Source of the DNA: an uncultured Acidobacteriota bacterium
Lineage (GTDB): Bacteria > Acidobacteriota > Vicinamibacteria > Vicinamibacterales > 2-12-FULL-66-21
Direction: 5' to 3'
DNA length: 64,000 bases
Assembly (NCBI GenBank): GCA_963730995.1
Contig: CAVSUB010000013.1
Span: forward strand, 2,173,167-2,237,166
Shown here: positions 28,527-38,249 of the stretch, one piece after another
Position numbering within the stretch: position 1 is the first letter of the stretch
Layout of the letters: each line of letters starts with the position of its first letter
Translations under genes and position numbers: made by a program
The notes under the pieces: model-generated
What the model was told of the DNA's origin: nothing
The model's input: only the letters and a program-made list of their open reading frames with translations
Databases searched by the model: none

Positions 28527-29903
28527 TCAACGGGGATGTCGTCGAACATCGTCCCGCATGGTGAGCGTGGAGGCGGCGGGTGCGCGGACGAACATATCGA
28601 AATCGTGGCGGGTGTCGCGTTCGTCGATTGGATGGCGGGATGTGAAGACGACCACCTCGCCAGATGCATCCAGCTGCGGCGCCTCACTCTCTTCGGCCCA
28701 TCCGCCGGATGGCAGCGCGCTGATCCAGTCGGTGTGCCCGGTCGTGCGATCGAACCGAAAGACATCGGCGAGCAGGTTCACATCTTCGAGCGGGGCCTCG
28801 CAACCGCGGGCGCAGATCATGTCGGACGCATCCGACTGGAACGCGATGAAACGGCCGTCCGCGGAGATAGCGGGGCTGCCACTCGGACCGTTCGCCGTTC
28901 CGCCCTTCGCGGCGCGGCTTACAAGCGCAATCGAGCCGTCAACCATGTCCCGTACGAACACGTCCGGCGAGCGATTCCGATCGCCGCGCGTGAGATTCGT
29001 GGCGTCCGACGTCAAGGCGATGAAGCGCCCGTCCCGGCTGATCGCAGCGTCGAAGCTGGCGCCGTCGAGCGGTCCGGCACCGCCGACGCTGACGCGTCTC
29101 GTCGTGCCGAGTTCCCTGTCACGCACGAAGACCTGAGCTGTCGGTGCTGTCTGACTCCTGCGTCCCTGGGATGGCTCACCTCCAGCAATACCATCCAAAT
29201 CGGCCGTCGAGGTGAACGCGACCCAGCGGCCATCGCCGCTGACGCTCGGGGCAAAGCTGGAGCCGATGGCGCTCTGAATGCCACGGCTGTCGACGCTGAT
29301 TCTCCGCAGCGCGCGCGTGGCCGGCACCCACTCGTAGACATCGGCTCGAGAGCCGTTTTCGTCCCAACCCGCGACGAGATCGGTGACTGTCGACCGAAAG
29401 ACAACGAGCTGGCCGTCGTCGCTGATCGCAGGATCACCGGTCCACTCTGCACTGGACCCCTCCGTGTCTCCGCGTATACGCGTTGACACGTCGCGATCTC
29501 GGTCGCGGTAGACGACGTCGGCCATGGAAGGCGAGCCGGCATTCGTTCCAAGCACCGTGTGGAACACGAGGTAGCGGCCGTTCGCGCTCAGGCGCGGGTG
29601 CCCGCTGTCGCCGTTCAACGGACGGCCGTCGGCTTTGAGACTCTCGAGCGAGATCCGCCCGCTCAAACGATCGAGGACGTAGATGTCGGCGCGGTCGTTG
29701 GTATCAGCCGGAACCAGTCGCGCGTACGACATCACCGCAACGTACCGGCCGTCAGCGCTGACCGAGGCGGACGCGCTTGCCGAAGATCGCCAGCGGTCAC
29801 CCTGCTCGAGGGTCATGAGAACAGCAGGGGGCTGAACCTGCGTGCCGAGCAGCAAGCCCATCGCCGTGATGCCGACGCTTGCGGAGGCACGCAGCATTTT
29901 CAC
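28527..29903 (-). CDS. Secreted PD40/TolB-like beta-propeller repeat protein.
   Basis: A signal peptide is followed by repeated S(A/G)DGR(Y/F)(V/I)AF PD40 motifs (VSADGRYVAV; LSANGRYLVF; ISDDGQLVVF; VSGDGRWVAF; ISRDGRFIAL; ISADGRFIAF). Confidence 0.75.
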   Translation of the reverse strand: MKMLRASASVGITAMGLLLGTQVQPPAVLMTLEQGDRWRSSASASASVSADGRYVAVMSYARLVPADTNDRADIYVLDRLSGRISLESLKADGRPLNGDSGHPRLSANGRYLVFHTVLGTNAGSPSMADVVYRDRDRDVSTRIRGDTEGSSAEWTGDPAISDDGQLVVFRSTVTDLVAGWDENGSRADVYEWVPATRALRRISVDSRGIQSAIGSSFAPSVSGDGRWVAFTSTADLDGIAGGEPSQGRRSQTAPTAQVFVRDRELGTTRRVSVGGAGPLDGASFDAAISRDGRFIALTSDATNLTRGDRNRSPDVFVRDMVDGSIALVSRAAKGGTANGPSGSPAISADGRFIAFQSDASDMICARGCEAPLEDVNLLADVFRFDRTTGHTDWISALPSGGWAEESEAPQLDASGEVVVFTSRHPIDERDTRHDFDMFVRAPAASTLTMRDDVRRHPR

Positions 29904-29993
29904 ATCTGCTGTTTCGGCTGAGCTTTCACATCTGCCGTTCTGTCTGAGTCCTCGTCTGCCGTGTCGGCGCTCATCTGCTGCTCCAGCCGGCCT

Positions 29994-30620
29994 TCAGTTG
30001 CCGCTCCGACGCACTTCGTCACTGACTGCGCGGCCGGCACGGATCGCCCGAACCGTCTCGTACGCTTCCTCTCGTCCCTCGCAGCGCTTGACGCCACTCG
30101 AGGGCACCTTGGCCAGCGTCCGCAGATCGATGTCGTCGAGCTGCTCGATGACGTGCTCGAGCTCGTGCGCAATGAGCTCGACATGATCGTCCACCGGCGG
30201 AATCGACATCAGTGCGATCCGGCGGCCGGTCGACGTTGTCGTCACGACGGTGCGGGCCCGCCCCTCCCCGCTGTTGGTGGAATGAAACCAGGTCATCGCG
30301 ACGGTCGCCTCCGGAGCGTTGGCGATGCGAAGGCACTGACGCCTGAAGGTGGGCGAGCCGCGCAGCATCGCGTCGACCAGGCGCCTCATCGTCGCTGGGA
30401 CGATCAGATTTGTCGGAAGAGGAACCGTCGTGTCCCACCGCGCGTCGGCGAGGAAAATGCGGGCGACGCCCGTCCCAGATCGCGTGTCCTCGAAGAAGCG
30501 GCTCGAGTCGAGGTCAGTGCGCGGCGACAGGTTGTTCGATTGCGGGAACGCAGGGACGGCGAAGACACAACTCATCGCGGATGTTGCGATCGCGAACGCT
30601 GCGATTCGACCGCGAAGCAT
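29994..30620 (-). CDS. Secreted hypothetical protein with an HExxH motif; possible zinc metallopeptidase.
   Basis: The N-terminus has a signal peptide (MLRGRIAAFAIATSAMSCVFAVPAFPQ). The only recognisable motif is ELIAHELEHVIEQLDD. The alternative start is at 30662. Confidence 0.45.
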   Translation of the reverse strand: MLRGRIAAFAIATSAMSCVFAVPAFPQSNNLSPRTDLDSSRFFEDTRSGTGVARIFLADARWDTTVPLPTNLIVPATMRRLVDAMLRGSPTFRRQCLRIANAPEATVAMTWFHSTNSGEGRARTVVTTTSTGRRIALMSIPPVDDHVELIAHELEHVIEQLDDIDLRTLAKVPSSGVKRCEGREEAYETVRAIRAGRAVSDEVRRSGN

Positions 30621-30898
30621 GACACATAAGACGAGTGGCACGGCCTCAAGGTTTGGCCTCATGTCACTTATTACGCGCGACTCGAATCAGTGGTTAACGG
30701 TGCGCGCGCAAGCTGTGTTGTATCGATATCTGAGCTTGCGTCTCGGGCAACGCCGTGTCGTCAATCGGACGGGGAGTCCGGAGTGTTCAGCGGAGTGCTC
30801 CGAGTTCAGGAGCGGCTGCCGCCAGGGATGGGACGAACCACCCGCCGGAAGACCGGTCGACATACTACGCGCAGCGCACCGCCGTTGGAATGTAAGGG

Positions 30899-30928
30899 AT
30901 GGCTGTCCTCCCTGGAGAGGACAGCCAT
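30899..30928 (-). terminator. Hairpin downstream of the flotillin gene: a perfect 12-bp stem with a 6-nt loop.
   Basis: ATGGCTGTCCTC cctgga GAGGACAGCCAT lies 55 bp past the flotillin stop. No U-tract follows, which is common in high-GC genomes. Confidence 0.4.
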
Positions 30929-30983
30929 TGGCTTCAAGAGCTCGCCGGGAGAAAATCCGGACGAGCCCTGCCGTTGACATTCG

Positions 30984-33017
30984 TCAGCGATTCAAGTCCC
31001 CCTCGATCTTCCGTCGTATCGCCTCGGCCGCCGGATGGCGCGGCGTCGGCGCCTGGGCCACGTCGGTTCCGAGCCGCTCCGACAGCATCAGCGTGAGCAA
31101 GGCCTCCATCACGTTTCCTGACATCGCCCCGCGATCGTTCCCGTTCTGCGAGCCGCCAATCAGGATCTTCGGGACGACATCAACGCCCGAGGCCTGAATC
31201 GCGTCGGCGAAGCGGCCCAGCACCTGCTGCGTGAGCTGCAGCCGCGGTCCACCGTAGGCCCGCACCTGCTCTTCGATGGCCATCGCCTGGGCGATGCCTA
31301 CGCGCGCGGTGCGTTCCGCCTCTGCCCCTGCGATCGCCTGGATTTTTTTGGCTTCGCCCTCTCCCAGGATGCGGATCTTCTCTGCCTCCGCCGTCGCGAG
31401 GGTTTGAATGCGGGCGGCTTCCTGCCGCGAACGCTCGTACTCCGCCTTTCCCTGGTTGCTCTGAATGTTGATCGACAGCTCCGACTCGGTGATGAACGTC
31501 TGCTGCTTCGCCCGCGACTCCGCTTCGCGCAGCTCCATCTCCTTCATCGCGGCCTTCTCCTGCCGCGTGTAGGTCTCGACCTGTTCTTCCGCAATCTGCC
31601 GTGAGCGCAACTGCGTCAGGATCGTCTCGATCTGACTGCCAACCGCACCGGACGTCGGCGTGCCGATGAGGACCTCCTGCAACTCGAGGTTGTAGTGCGC
31701 GAACTTCTCTTTCATCTGTTCGCCAGAGACCTGCTGGATCGCGCTGCGGTCCTGAATGAGCTGGATCAGCGTCCGTGTCTGACCGATGTTCTTGAAGTAC
31801 GCCGACACCATCGGATCGAGCGTCTGTTCCACGAGACGCTTGATGTCCCCGAACCGCTGAATGACGAGCGGCGCTTTCCGATAGTCGATGTGCACGACGA
31901 CGGACAACGGCAGCGACGGCTCGAACGCGTCTTTCGTGATCAGCGAGACCTCGGCCAGGTTCTCGTCGTACTTGTGCGCCCCGGTCTCCGATTTGTTCCA
32001 CTTCAGGATGAAGTTCGTCGTCGGCACGACCAGCACTTTGCCCGCGTAGGTATTGAACGCATACTTGCCGGGCAGCAGCGGTTCGCTCCAGACGCCGCGC
32101 GTGTCCCTCTTGACGAGCTCACCGTGCTTGTACTGGTCGCCGGTCACGTCGACGCCCAGCTCACCCGTGTACGAGACCACGACGCCGACGTTGCCGACTT
32201 CGATGACCGTTTTCGGGATCATTTCGACGGTCGCGAACAAGCGGTTGATGTAGTACGTGCCCTCCACGAGCGTCTGGAGCTGACGGCCGCGACGACCGCC
32301 GGCCTGCAGGAACTTCTCCGCGTCCTGGAAGTTGTTGTGGTACGTCGCGGCATCCCCTGCTTCGTCACCAACCGTGGGCGCGATGATCTGCCCTTCCGCG
32401 AGCGACGGCCCGTCGTGGACGGTCACGATCCCGATGAAGTCGTCGGTCCCCTTGATGACGACCGGCTCGAACCCGGTGCGGTCGGCGACGACTTCTGCCA
32501 TCCGCACGAAGGTATCCTCCTCATTCTTTTCGAGCGGATGAAAGTGGATCCGCTCCGCCGTGATGACGACGAACTGCACGAGATTGAGCGCGTAGGTGCC
32601 CTCGCGCAGGATCTTCCGCTGCGGTCCGCGCTGGCCGCCGGCGGCCAGGAACGCCGCGACGTCCTGGAAGTCGCTGGCGGCGACGTTGCTGGCCAGCGCC
32701 TGCGTGGCGGGCAGCGGCTGACCGTCGCGCGCGAACACGTAGCCGATCCTGCCCTGCGGAATGGTCACGAGAGGCATCTTGTGAATCCGGTACTGGAACG
32801 GGCGCAGCACGTGCCAGCCGCCGCGCAGCAGCCTTGGCTGGAACCCGGCCTCTCCGTTCAACGCGATGAGCCCATTTTTCAGCGATCCCGACGAGCTCCA
32901 CAATTTCTCCACGATGCCGACACGATCGTTGGGAATGTAACGAAACGTCGCCATAAGGGCCGCGAGCACGAACGCGGCAACTACCGCCAACGCGATGACC
33001 GACAAATCGATCGTCAT
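30984..33017 (-). CDS. Flotillin-like SPFH/Band-7 domain protein.
   Basis: The 677-aa product has an N-terminal transmembrane helix and two SPFH-like segments. A long Ala/Glu/Gln/Lys-rich coiled-coil tail follows (EAESRAKQQ...AEAEKIRILGEGEAKKIQAIAGAEAERTARV). Confidence 0.85.
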   Translation of the reverse strand: MTIDLSVIALAVVAAFVLAALMATFRYIPNDRVGIVEKLWSSSGSLKNGLIALNGEAGFQPRLLRGGWHVLRPFQYRIHKMPLVTIPQGRIGYVFARDGQPLPATQALASNVAASDFQDVAAFLAAGGQRGPQRKILREGTYALNLVQFVVITAERIHFHPLEKNEEDTFVRMAEVVADRTGFEPVVIKGTDDFIGIVTVHDGPSLAEGQIIAPTVGDEAGDAATYHNNFQDAEKFLQAGGRRGRQLQTLVEGTYYINRLFATVEMIPKTVIEVGNVGVVVSYTGELGVDVTGDQYKHGELVKRDTRGVWSEPLLPGKYAFNTYAGKVLVVPTTNFILKWNKSETGAHKYDENLAEVSLITKDAFEPSLPLSVVVHIDYRKAPLVIQRFGDIKRLVEQTLDPMVSAYFKNIGQTRTLIQLIQDRSAIQQVSGEQMKEKFAHYNLELQEVLIGTPTSGAVGSQIETILTQLRSRQIAEEQVETYTRQEKAAMKEMELREAESRAKQQTFITESELSINIQSNQGKAEYERSRQEAARIQTLATAEAEKIRILGEGEAKKIQAIAGAEAERTARVGIAQAMAIEEQVRAYGGPRLQLTQQVLGRFADAIQASGVDVVPKILIGGSQNGNDRGAMSGNVMEALLTLMLSERLGTDVAQAPTPRHPAAEAIRRKIEGDLNR

Positions 33018-33247
33018 AGAGGTCCTGTCCTCCTTCGGACGCGCCGAGGATAGAACAGTCGCAAGCGCCTGATTTATCCGGGTGTAACTACGAGGCGAAA
33101 GGTCGTGAAGATGAACGGAATCCTGCGAAGACGCGCGTCGGGAGCTCCAGAAAATGCGCCGGCGCGACGGGCGGCGCGTGGCGGATGGCGGTGGACGGAT
33201 CGGGTTTCACCGTCTCCGGGGGGCCCTCGTCGATGATTCCCGGCCCT

Positions 33248-34227
33248 TCAGACCGGCGTGGCTGGTGGCCACGGCGTCTCCGGGACGGGCGTCAGCGGCG
33301 GTCGACCAGCGGCCCACGCCGCCACGTTGTCCACCACCAGCTCCTCCATCTTCGTGCGGGTGTGAATCGTCGCCGACCCGAGGTGCGGGAAGAGGACGAC
33401 GTGATCCATCTCGAGGTACTCCTTCGGCACTTCCGGCTCGTCCAGGAACACGTCGAGGCCGGCGGAGTGGATCCGCCGCTCCTTCAGCGCCCGAATCAAC
33501 GCCTCGTCGTCAACCACGGTGCCGCGCGCCATGTTGATGACGATCCCGGTCGGCCCGAGCGCTTCGAGGACCTCGGCGTTGATCAGGTTCTTTGTTGCGG
33601 CACCACCAGGCGTCATGACGATCAGCGTATCGACGTCGCGGGCCATGCCGACGAGGCTCCTGTAGTGGCGATACGGAACGTCCGGCTGCGGATTGCGGCT
33701 GTGATACACGACTGGCACTTGGAAGGCGTCGAGCCGCCGTGCGATCGCCTTCCCGATTCGACCCAGTCCGACGATGCCGACCGTGCGGTCGCGGAGCGTC
33801 GCCTTCGTAAGCGGATAGGCCGCCTGCATCCACCGGCCTGCCCGCAGGTACCGCTCGGCCTGCGGAAACTCGCGGATGGTGCAGAGGAGCAGGCCCAGGG
33901 TCGTATCAGCAACCTCCTCGGTCAGCACGTCGGGGGTGTTGGTCACAGTGATGCCATGGGCCGCGCAATACGGCGTGTCGATGTTGTCGTAGCCGACGCC
34001 GAAGCTGGCGACGAGCTCGAGCTTCGGAAGGCGTTTCATCATCGCGCCGGTGATGGCTGCGGGCGCGCCCGTCACGACAGCGATTCGTGTCCGGGGCCCG
34101 ACGTCTGCGATCAACGAGTCCGCGTCCGTCGCACGTTCCAGCACGTGGAGCGAGACGAACGTCTCGAGCTTGTCGACCGTGAACTTCTTGGGTGTTCCGA
34201 TGAGAAGGACGTCCGGCCTGTCTGGCA
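33248..34227 (-). CDS. D-2-hydroxyacid dehydrogenase (glyoxylate/hydroxypyruvate-reductase-like), NAD(P)-binding.
   Basis: The GxGxxG-type Rossmann motif (VGIVGLGRIGKAIARRL) and the catalytic Arg/Glu/His context (NMARGTVVDDEALIRAL...GLDVFLDEP...FPHLGSAT) are present. Confidence 0.9.
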
Positions 34228-34288
34228 TCAGTGGTCTCCGGCGATGTGTGGCGGTTAGGCGAATCCCGACGTATTCCTGGATCCGAGG

Positions 34289-34306
34289 ATTATATCCGGA
34301 TATAAT
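34289..34306 (+). promoter_or_regulatory. Perfect 18-bp AT-rich palindrome ATTATATCCGGATATAAT containing a consensus TATAAT box.
   Basis: The palindrome sits in the divergent intergenic region between the dehydrogenase gene and the DUF2239 gene. TATAAT at 34301..34306 ends 9 nt before the ATG at 34316, which implies a leaderless or near-leaderless transcript. The site is an AT island in an otherwise very GC-rich region. Confidence 0.45.
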
Positions 34307-34315
34307 TGGCCTACT

Positions 34316-34933
34316 ATGCACACGCTCCCAGACAACGCGGTTCGCAGGCCCTGCACGGCATTCGACGGCACCCGGTGGATCGCGTCCGGCCCGCTTCGGC
34401 AGGTGGCGCTCAAAGCAAAATCCCTGGTGGACCGCCATCCCTCCTCGTCGGTCCTCATCTTCGACGACAACACGAGCGATGTGATCGACGTCGACTACCG
34501 CGGCAGCGCAAGAGAAGTCGCGCGACGGCTGGAAGAGAAATCGGCCACGGTGCGTCCCGCGCCCGCGCAATCGGACCCCGCGACGGATCGCGGACCTGGC
34601 CGACCCAGGCTCGGGGTCGTCGCTCGTGAAGTGACGCTGCTGCCGCGTCATTGGCTCTGGCTGAGCGGCCAGCCCGGGGGGGCGTCGGTCGCGTTGCGGC
34701 GTCTGGTGGACGACGCGAGGCGAGCCAACGTCGGCCGAGATCGCGTGCGGCGATCGCAGGAGGTCGCGTACCGTTTCATGTCGGCGATGGCAGGCAACCA
34801 TCCGGGGTTCGAGGAGGCGATCCGGGCACTGTTCAGAGGCGATCGCGAGCGCTTCGAAGAGCAGGTCGCGGGCTGGCCACCCGACGTCAGTGCCCACACG
34901 AAGAAGCTGGCGGCCGGAGCCTTCAGCCAGTGA
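34316..34933 (+). CDS. DUF2239-family protein.
   Basis: The 205-aa product carries CTAFDGTRWIASGPL...VLIFDDNTSDVIDVDYRGS...LPRHWLWLSGQPGGASVALRRLVDDARR. This is my recollection of the DUF2239 conserved blocks. Confidence 0.5.
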   Translation: MHTLPDNAVRRPCTAFDGTRWIASGPLRQVALKAKSLVDRHPSSSVLIFDDNTSDVIDVDYRGSAREVARRLEEKSATVRPAPAQSDPATDRGPGRPRLGVVAREVTLLPRHWLWLSGQPGGASVALRRLVDDARRANVGRDRVRRSQEVAYRFMSAMAGNHPGFEEAIRALFRGDRERFEEQVAGWPPDVSAHTKKLAAGAFSQ

Positions 34934-34949
34934 TCATGCGGGCGCGCCG

Positions 34950-35705
34950 CTAGCGTTGGAGCGTCGATCGAAAGCAAGGCGCCAGCTCCGGGAGAACACG
35001 CCGCAGCTCGTCGACGACCATGCGTCCGACGACTTCGCTGCCTTTCACGTTCAGGTGCGTCCGATCTATCTCGCCCTTCTCGTCCCGCGGGCTCAGGTCC
35101 GCCCAGACATCGTCGCCGACATTCTCGGCGTCGGCGAGGCTGATCGCGTGAAGGTCGACGAGCGGGACGCCCTTTTCCTTCGCCAAAGCCCGGACCGCTT
35201 CGACGTACGGCGTTTGGGTTGTCCGAATCCTGCCGTCGGTGTTGTAGATCCGGCGAACGAGGGAGGTCACGAGGATCGGCTTTCCACCGATCGCCCGCAC
35301 GTCGTCCACGTATCGCGCCATGTTCGCCCGAAAAGTCGTCGCCGGGTCTGTCTCGCGATCGGGACCCTTCCCCGGCTCATCGTTGTGACCGAATTGAATG
35401 AGGTAGTACTGACCCTTCTTGTCCAGCGCCTCTTTCCATCGCCCTTCGGCGATGAAGCTCTTCGAGCTGCGACCGTTGGCGGCGGTGTTGATGATTTCCG
35501 CGGATGGGGTCGCGAGGCGCCGAAAACCGGTGCCCCATCCAGAGTCGTCCGTTACGGTGGAATCGCCGACGAGAACGATCCTGATGGGAGCTGTGGCGTC
35601 CTGCGCCGACGAACGCGCCACCAGGCCTGCCGCCGTGCCGAGGACGGCCATGACCACGATCGCGCGCTGTCCGCCGAAGATGCCCGTCATTCGCCTCAGC
35701 CGCAT
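34950..35705 (-). CDS. Secreted SGNH/GDSL-type hydrolase (rhamnogalacturonan-acetylesterase-like).
   Basis: A signal peptide is followed by block I VLVGDSTV, block III IQFGHND and a DxxH context near the C-terminus. Confidence 0.8.
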   Translation of the reverse strand: MRLRRMTGIFGGQRAIVVMAVLGTAAGLVARSSAQDATAPIRIVLVGDSTVTDDSGWGTGFRRLATPSAEIINTAANGRSSKSFIAEGRWKEALDKKGQYYLIQFGHNDEPGKGPDRETDPATTFRANMARYVDDVRAIGGKPILVTSLVRRIYNTDGRIRTTQTPYVEAVRALAKEKGVPLVDLHAISLADAENVGDDVWADLSPRDEKGEIDRTHLNVKGSEVVGRMVVDELRRVLPELAPCFRSTLQR

Positions 35706-35801
35706 TCTATCCTCTGAGCAATCGTGGCAACGTCTCCGGTTCCGCGCGACCGTCGTCCGATGTCGAATGATGGTAATCTCCGGGCTGTTCGAGCTCTCGA
35801 G

Positions 35802-36945
35802 ATGAGGCGCTTTCTATTCGTGCTCGTGCTGGCCTTGCTGCCGTGTGGCTGCGGTAGCAGCGATCGGCCGAGCCTTGCTCCCGGGTCGGCTGCGCCTGAC
35901 TTCACGCTGCCCGGCGTGGACGGCAAGAGTCATTCTCTCGGTGACTTTGCGAGCAGCCGGGTCCTGGCCGTCGTTTTCACCTGCAACACCTGCCCCGTGT
36001 CGCAGTTGTACGAATCGCGCATCAAGAAGCTCGACGAAGACTATCGGGGCAAGGGCGTGACCGTCGTCGCCATCAATCCAAACAAGCCGGCGGCGATGCA
36101 GCTCGCGGACCTCGGACATACGGACGTCGGTGAGTCGCTCGACGACATGAAGCTCAGGGCGGCAGATCGAAGCATCGGGTACCCGTATTTGTCCGACGGC
36201 GACACGCAGTCCGTGACGCAGGCGTTCGGCGTTGTGGCCATGCCCCACGTCTTCGTGTTCGATCAGGCGCGGCGGCTGCAGTACCGAGGGGCGAATCGAC
36301 GACAACACGCGTGAGGACAAAGTCACGGCGCGTGATGCGCGCAACGCTATCGATGCGCTCCTCGCGGGTCGAGCGGTTCAGACAGCTCACACGAGCGTGA
36401 GCGGCTGCCCGGTCAAAGGGGGGCGCTCGTCCGCCGGCCCGGATCCAGATCTCGCCAGGGTCGAAAGCGCGCCAGTAACGGTCGACATGATCGGGCCCGA
36501 GGATCTTGGAAAGCTCCGGCGCAACGGGACCGGAAAGCTGCTCATGGTCAACTTCTGGGCGACCTGGTGCGCTCCCTGCGCGAGCGAGTTTCCGGATCTC
36601 GAGACGACCTACCGCATGTACAGGTCGCGCAATCTGGAGTTCGTTTCCGTTTCGGTGAACGACCCGGCTGAACGTCCTGCGGTCCTGGCCTTCCTGCAGT
36701 CGCATCACGCCTCTCACCCGAATCGGCTGTTCGCGACCTCCGACGTGTATGGACTTCAGGCCGCGTTCGACCCGAAAATGCCGGCTCCTGTGCCCTTCAC
36801 CCTGCTGCTCGCGCCCAACGGGGACGTCGTTTACCAGGAGCTGGGCGAGTTGACGATCTCCAAGCTGCGGCGCGCGATTCTGGCCAACCTTCCCGAGGAC
36901 GAGAAGTACCCCGGCCAGCAGGCCTACTGGTCCAACCCTGACTGA
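35802..36945 (+). pseudogene. Lipoprotein with two thioredoxin-like (AhpC/TSA-like plus TlpA-like WCxxC) domains, frameshifted at a G-run near 36287..36291; paralog of the next gene.
   Basis: Two plus-strand ORFs (35724..36314 and 36232..36945) together are collinear with the 428-aa downstream gene. The product has a lipoprotein-like signal (MRRFLFVLVLALLPCGCGS), a CPVS motif in domain 1 and WATWCAPC in domain 2. The frame breaks where QYRGRIDDNTRED is expected. The observed cgagggggcgaatcgac has one extra G compared with the paralog (ccagggccggatcgac). Confidence 0.7.
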
Positions 36946-36955
36946 GCGAGGCACC

Positions 36956-38242
36956 ATGATTCGATCGACACAGCAACACGCGACTGGCCGCATGCCGCAA
37001 CGGACCAAACGCGCTCTCGAACGGGCGCTCGTCGCCGCACTCGTCGTCGTGGCGGGTCCACTCATCGGGATGCGGGTCAATCTTCATGGGCAGGCGCCGC
37101 CCGCCCAGGGCGCGGGCAAGGGAATCCAGGCGAACCTGGACCATCCGGTATTGCCCATCGGTTCTCCGCTGCCCGATTTCACGCTGCCTGGTGTGGACGG
37201 GAAGACGCACAAGGCGAGCGAATACGGCGGAACCAAGGTGCTGGCGCTCGTCTTCGAGAGCAACCACTGCCCTGTCTCGCAGCTCTACGAGGGCAGGATC
37301 GACAAGCTCTATGAGGACTACAGGCAGAAGGGTGTCACGCTGGTCGCGATCAATCCGAACAATCCAAAGACCGTCCGTCTCGACGAGCTCGGCTACACGG
37401 ACGTGACCGACTCGCTGCCCGAGATGAAGCTTCGTGCGCGCTTCCGCGGAATCACATGGCCGTATCTCTACGACGGCGACACCCAGGCCATCTCCGAAAA
37501 GTTCGGCGCCGTCGCAACGCCGCACATCTTCATCTTCGACAAAGAGCGCAAGCTTCGATACCAGGGCCGGATCGACGACAACCAGCGCGAAGACCTCGTG
37601 AAGACGCACGACGCGCGCAACGCCATCGACGCGCTGCTCGCTGACAAGCCGGTTCCCGTGGCCGAGACGACAGCGTTCGGATGCACGACGAAGTGGCTGT
37701 CGAAGGCGTCAGGAGTGGAACAGGAGTGGGCGCGCATTCAGAAGGAACCGGTCACCGTGGACCCGGTCGGCGCCGAGGATCTGAAGAAACTGAGAACGAA
37801 TCCCACCGACAAGGTCATGCTGGTGCACTTCTGGGCCACCGAGTGTGCGGCCTGCACCAGCGAGTTCCTGGATCTGGAAACAACGTATCGCATGTATCGC
37901 AAGCGGGCGTTCGACCTGATCACGATCAGCACGAACGGCCCGTCCGAGAGTGCCGCCGTGCTGGATTTCCTGAAAAAAGAATACGCGTCGAGCCCCAACA
38001 AGCAATTCGCGACGGCAGACCGCGCAGGGCTGCAGGCGGCCTGGGGTGTCAAGTGGAGTCCCGCGGCGCCCTTGACCATGGTGATCGCGCCTGGCGGCAG
38101 GGTGCTCTACCAGAAGGAAGGCAAGTTCGACATTCTGGAAGTGCGTCGCGTCGTGCTCGCGAACATGCCCGATACGTCCGGTTACATCGGATCGAAAGCG
38201 TATTGGATGAACGCCGTGGAGGAGATGGCCCGCAAGAAGTGA
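36956..38242 (+). CDS. Two-domain thioredoxin-like protein (AhpC/TSA-like N-domain with CPVS; TlpA/ResA-like C-domain with CxxC).
   Basis: The 428-aa product has an N-terminal signal/transmembrane segment. Domain 1 reads VLALVFESNHCPVSQ and domain 2 reads MLVHFWATECAACTSEF. The starts are 10 nt from the preceding paralog. Confidence 0.85.
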   Translation: MIRSTQQHATGRMPQRTKRALERALVAALVVVAGPLIGMRVNLHGQAPPAQGAGKGIQANLDHPVLPIGSPLPDFTLPGVDGKTHKASEYGGTKVLALVFESNHCPVSQLYEGRIDKLYEDYRQKGVTLVAINPNNPKTVRLDELGYTDVTDSLPEMKLRARFRGITWPYLYDGDTQAISEKFGAVATPHIFIFDKERKLRYQGRIDDNQREDLVKTHDARNAIDALLADKPVPVAETTAFGCTTKWLSKASGVEQEWARIQKEPVTVDPVGAEDLKKLRTNPTDKVMLVHFWATECAACTSEFLDLETTYRMYRKRAFDLITISTNGPSESAAVLDFLKKEYASSPNKQFATADRAGLQAAWGVKWSPAAPLTMVIAPGGRVLYQKEGKFDILEVRRVVLANMPDTSGYIGSKAYWMNAVEEMARKK

Positions 38243-38249
38243 CCGCTCG

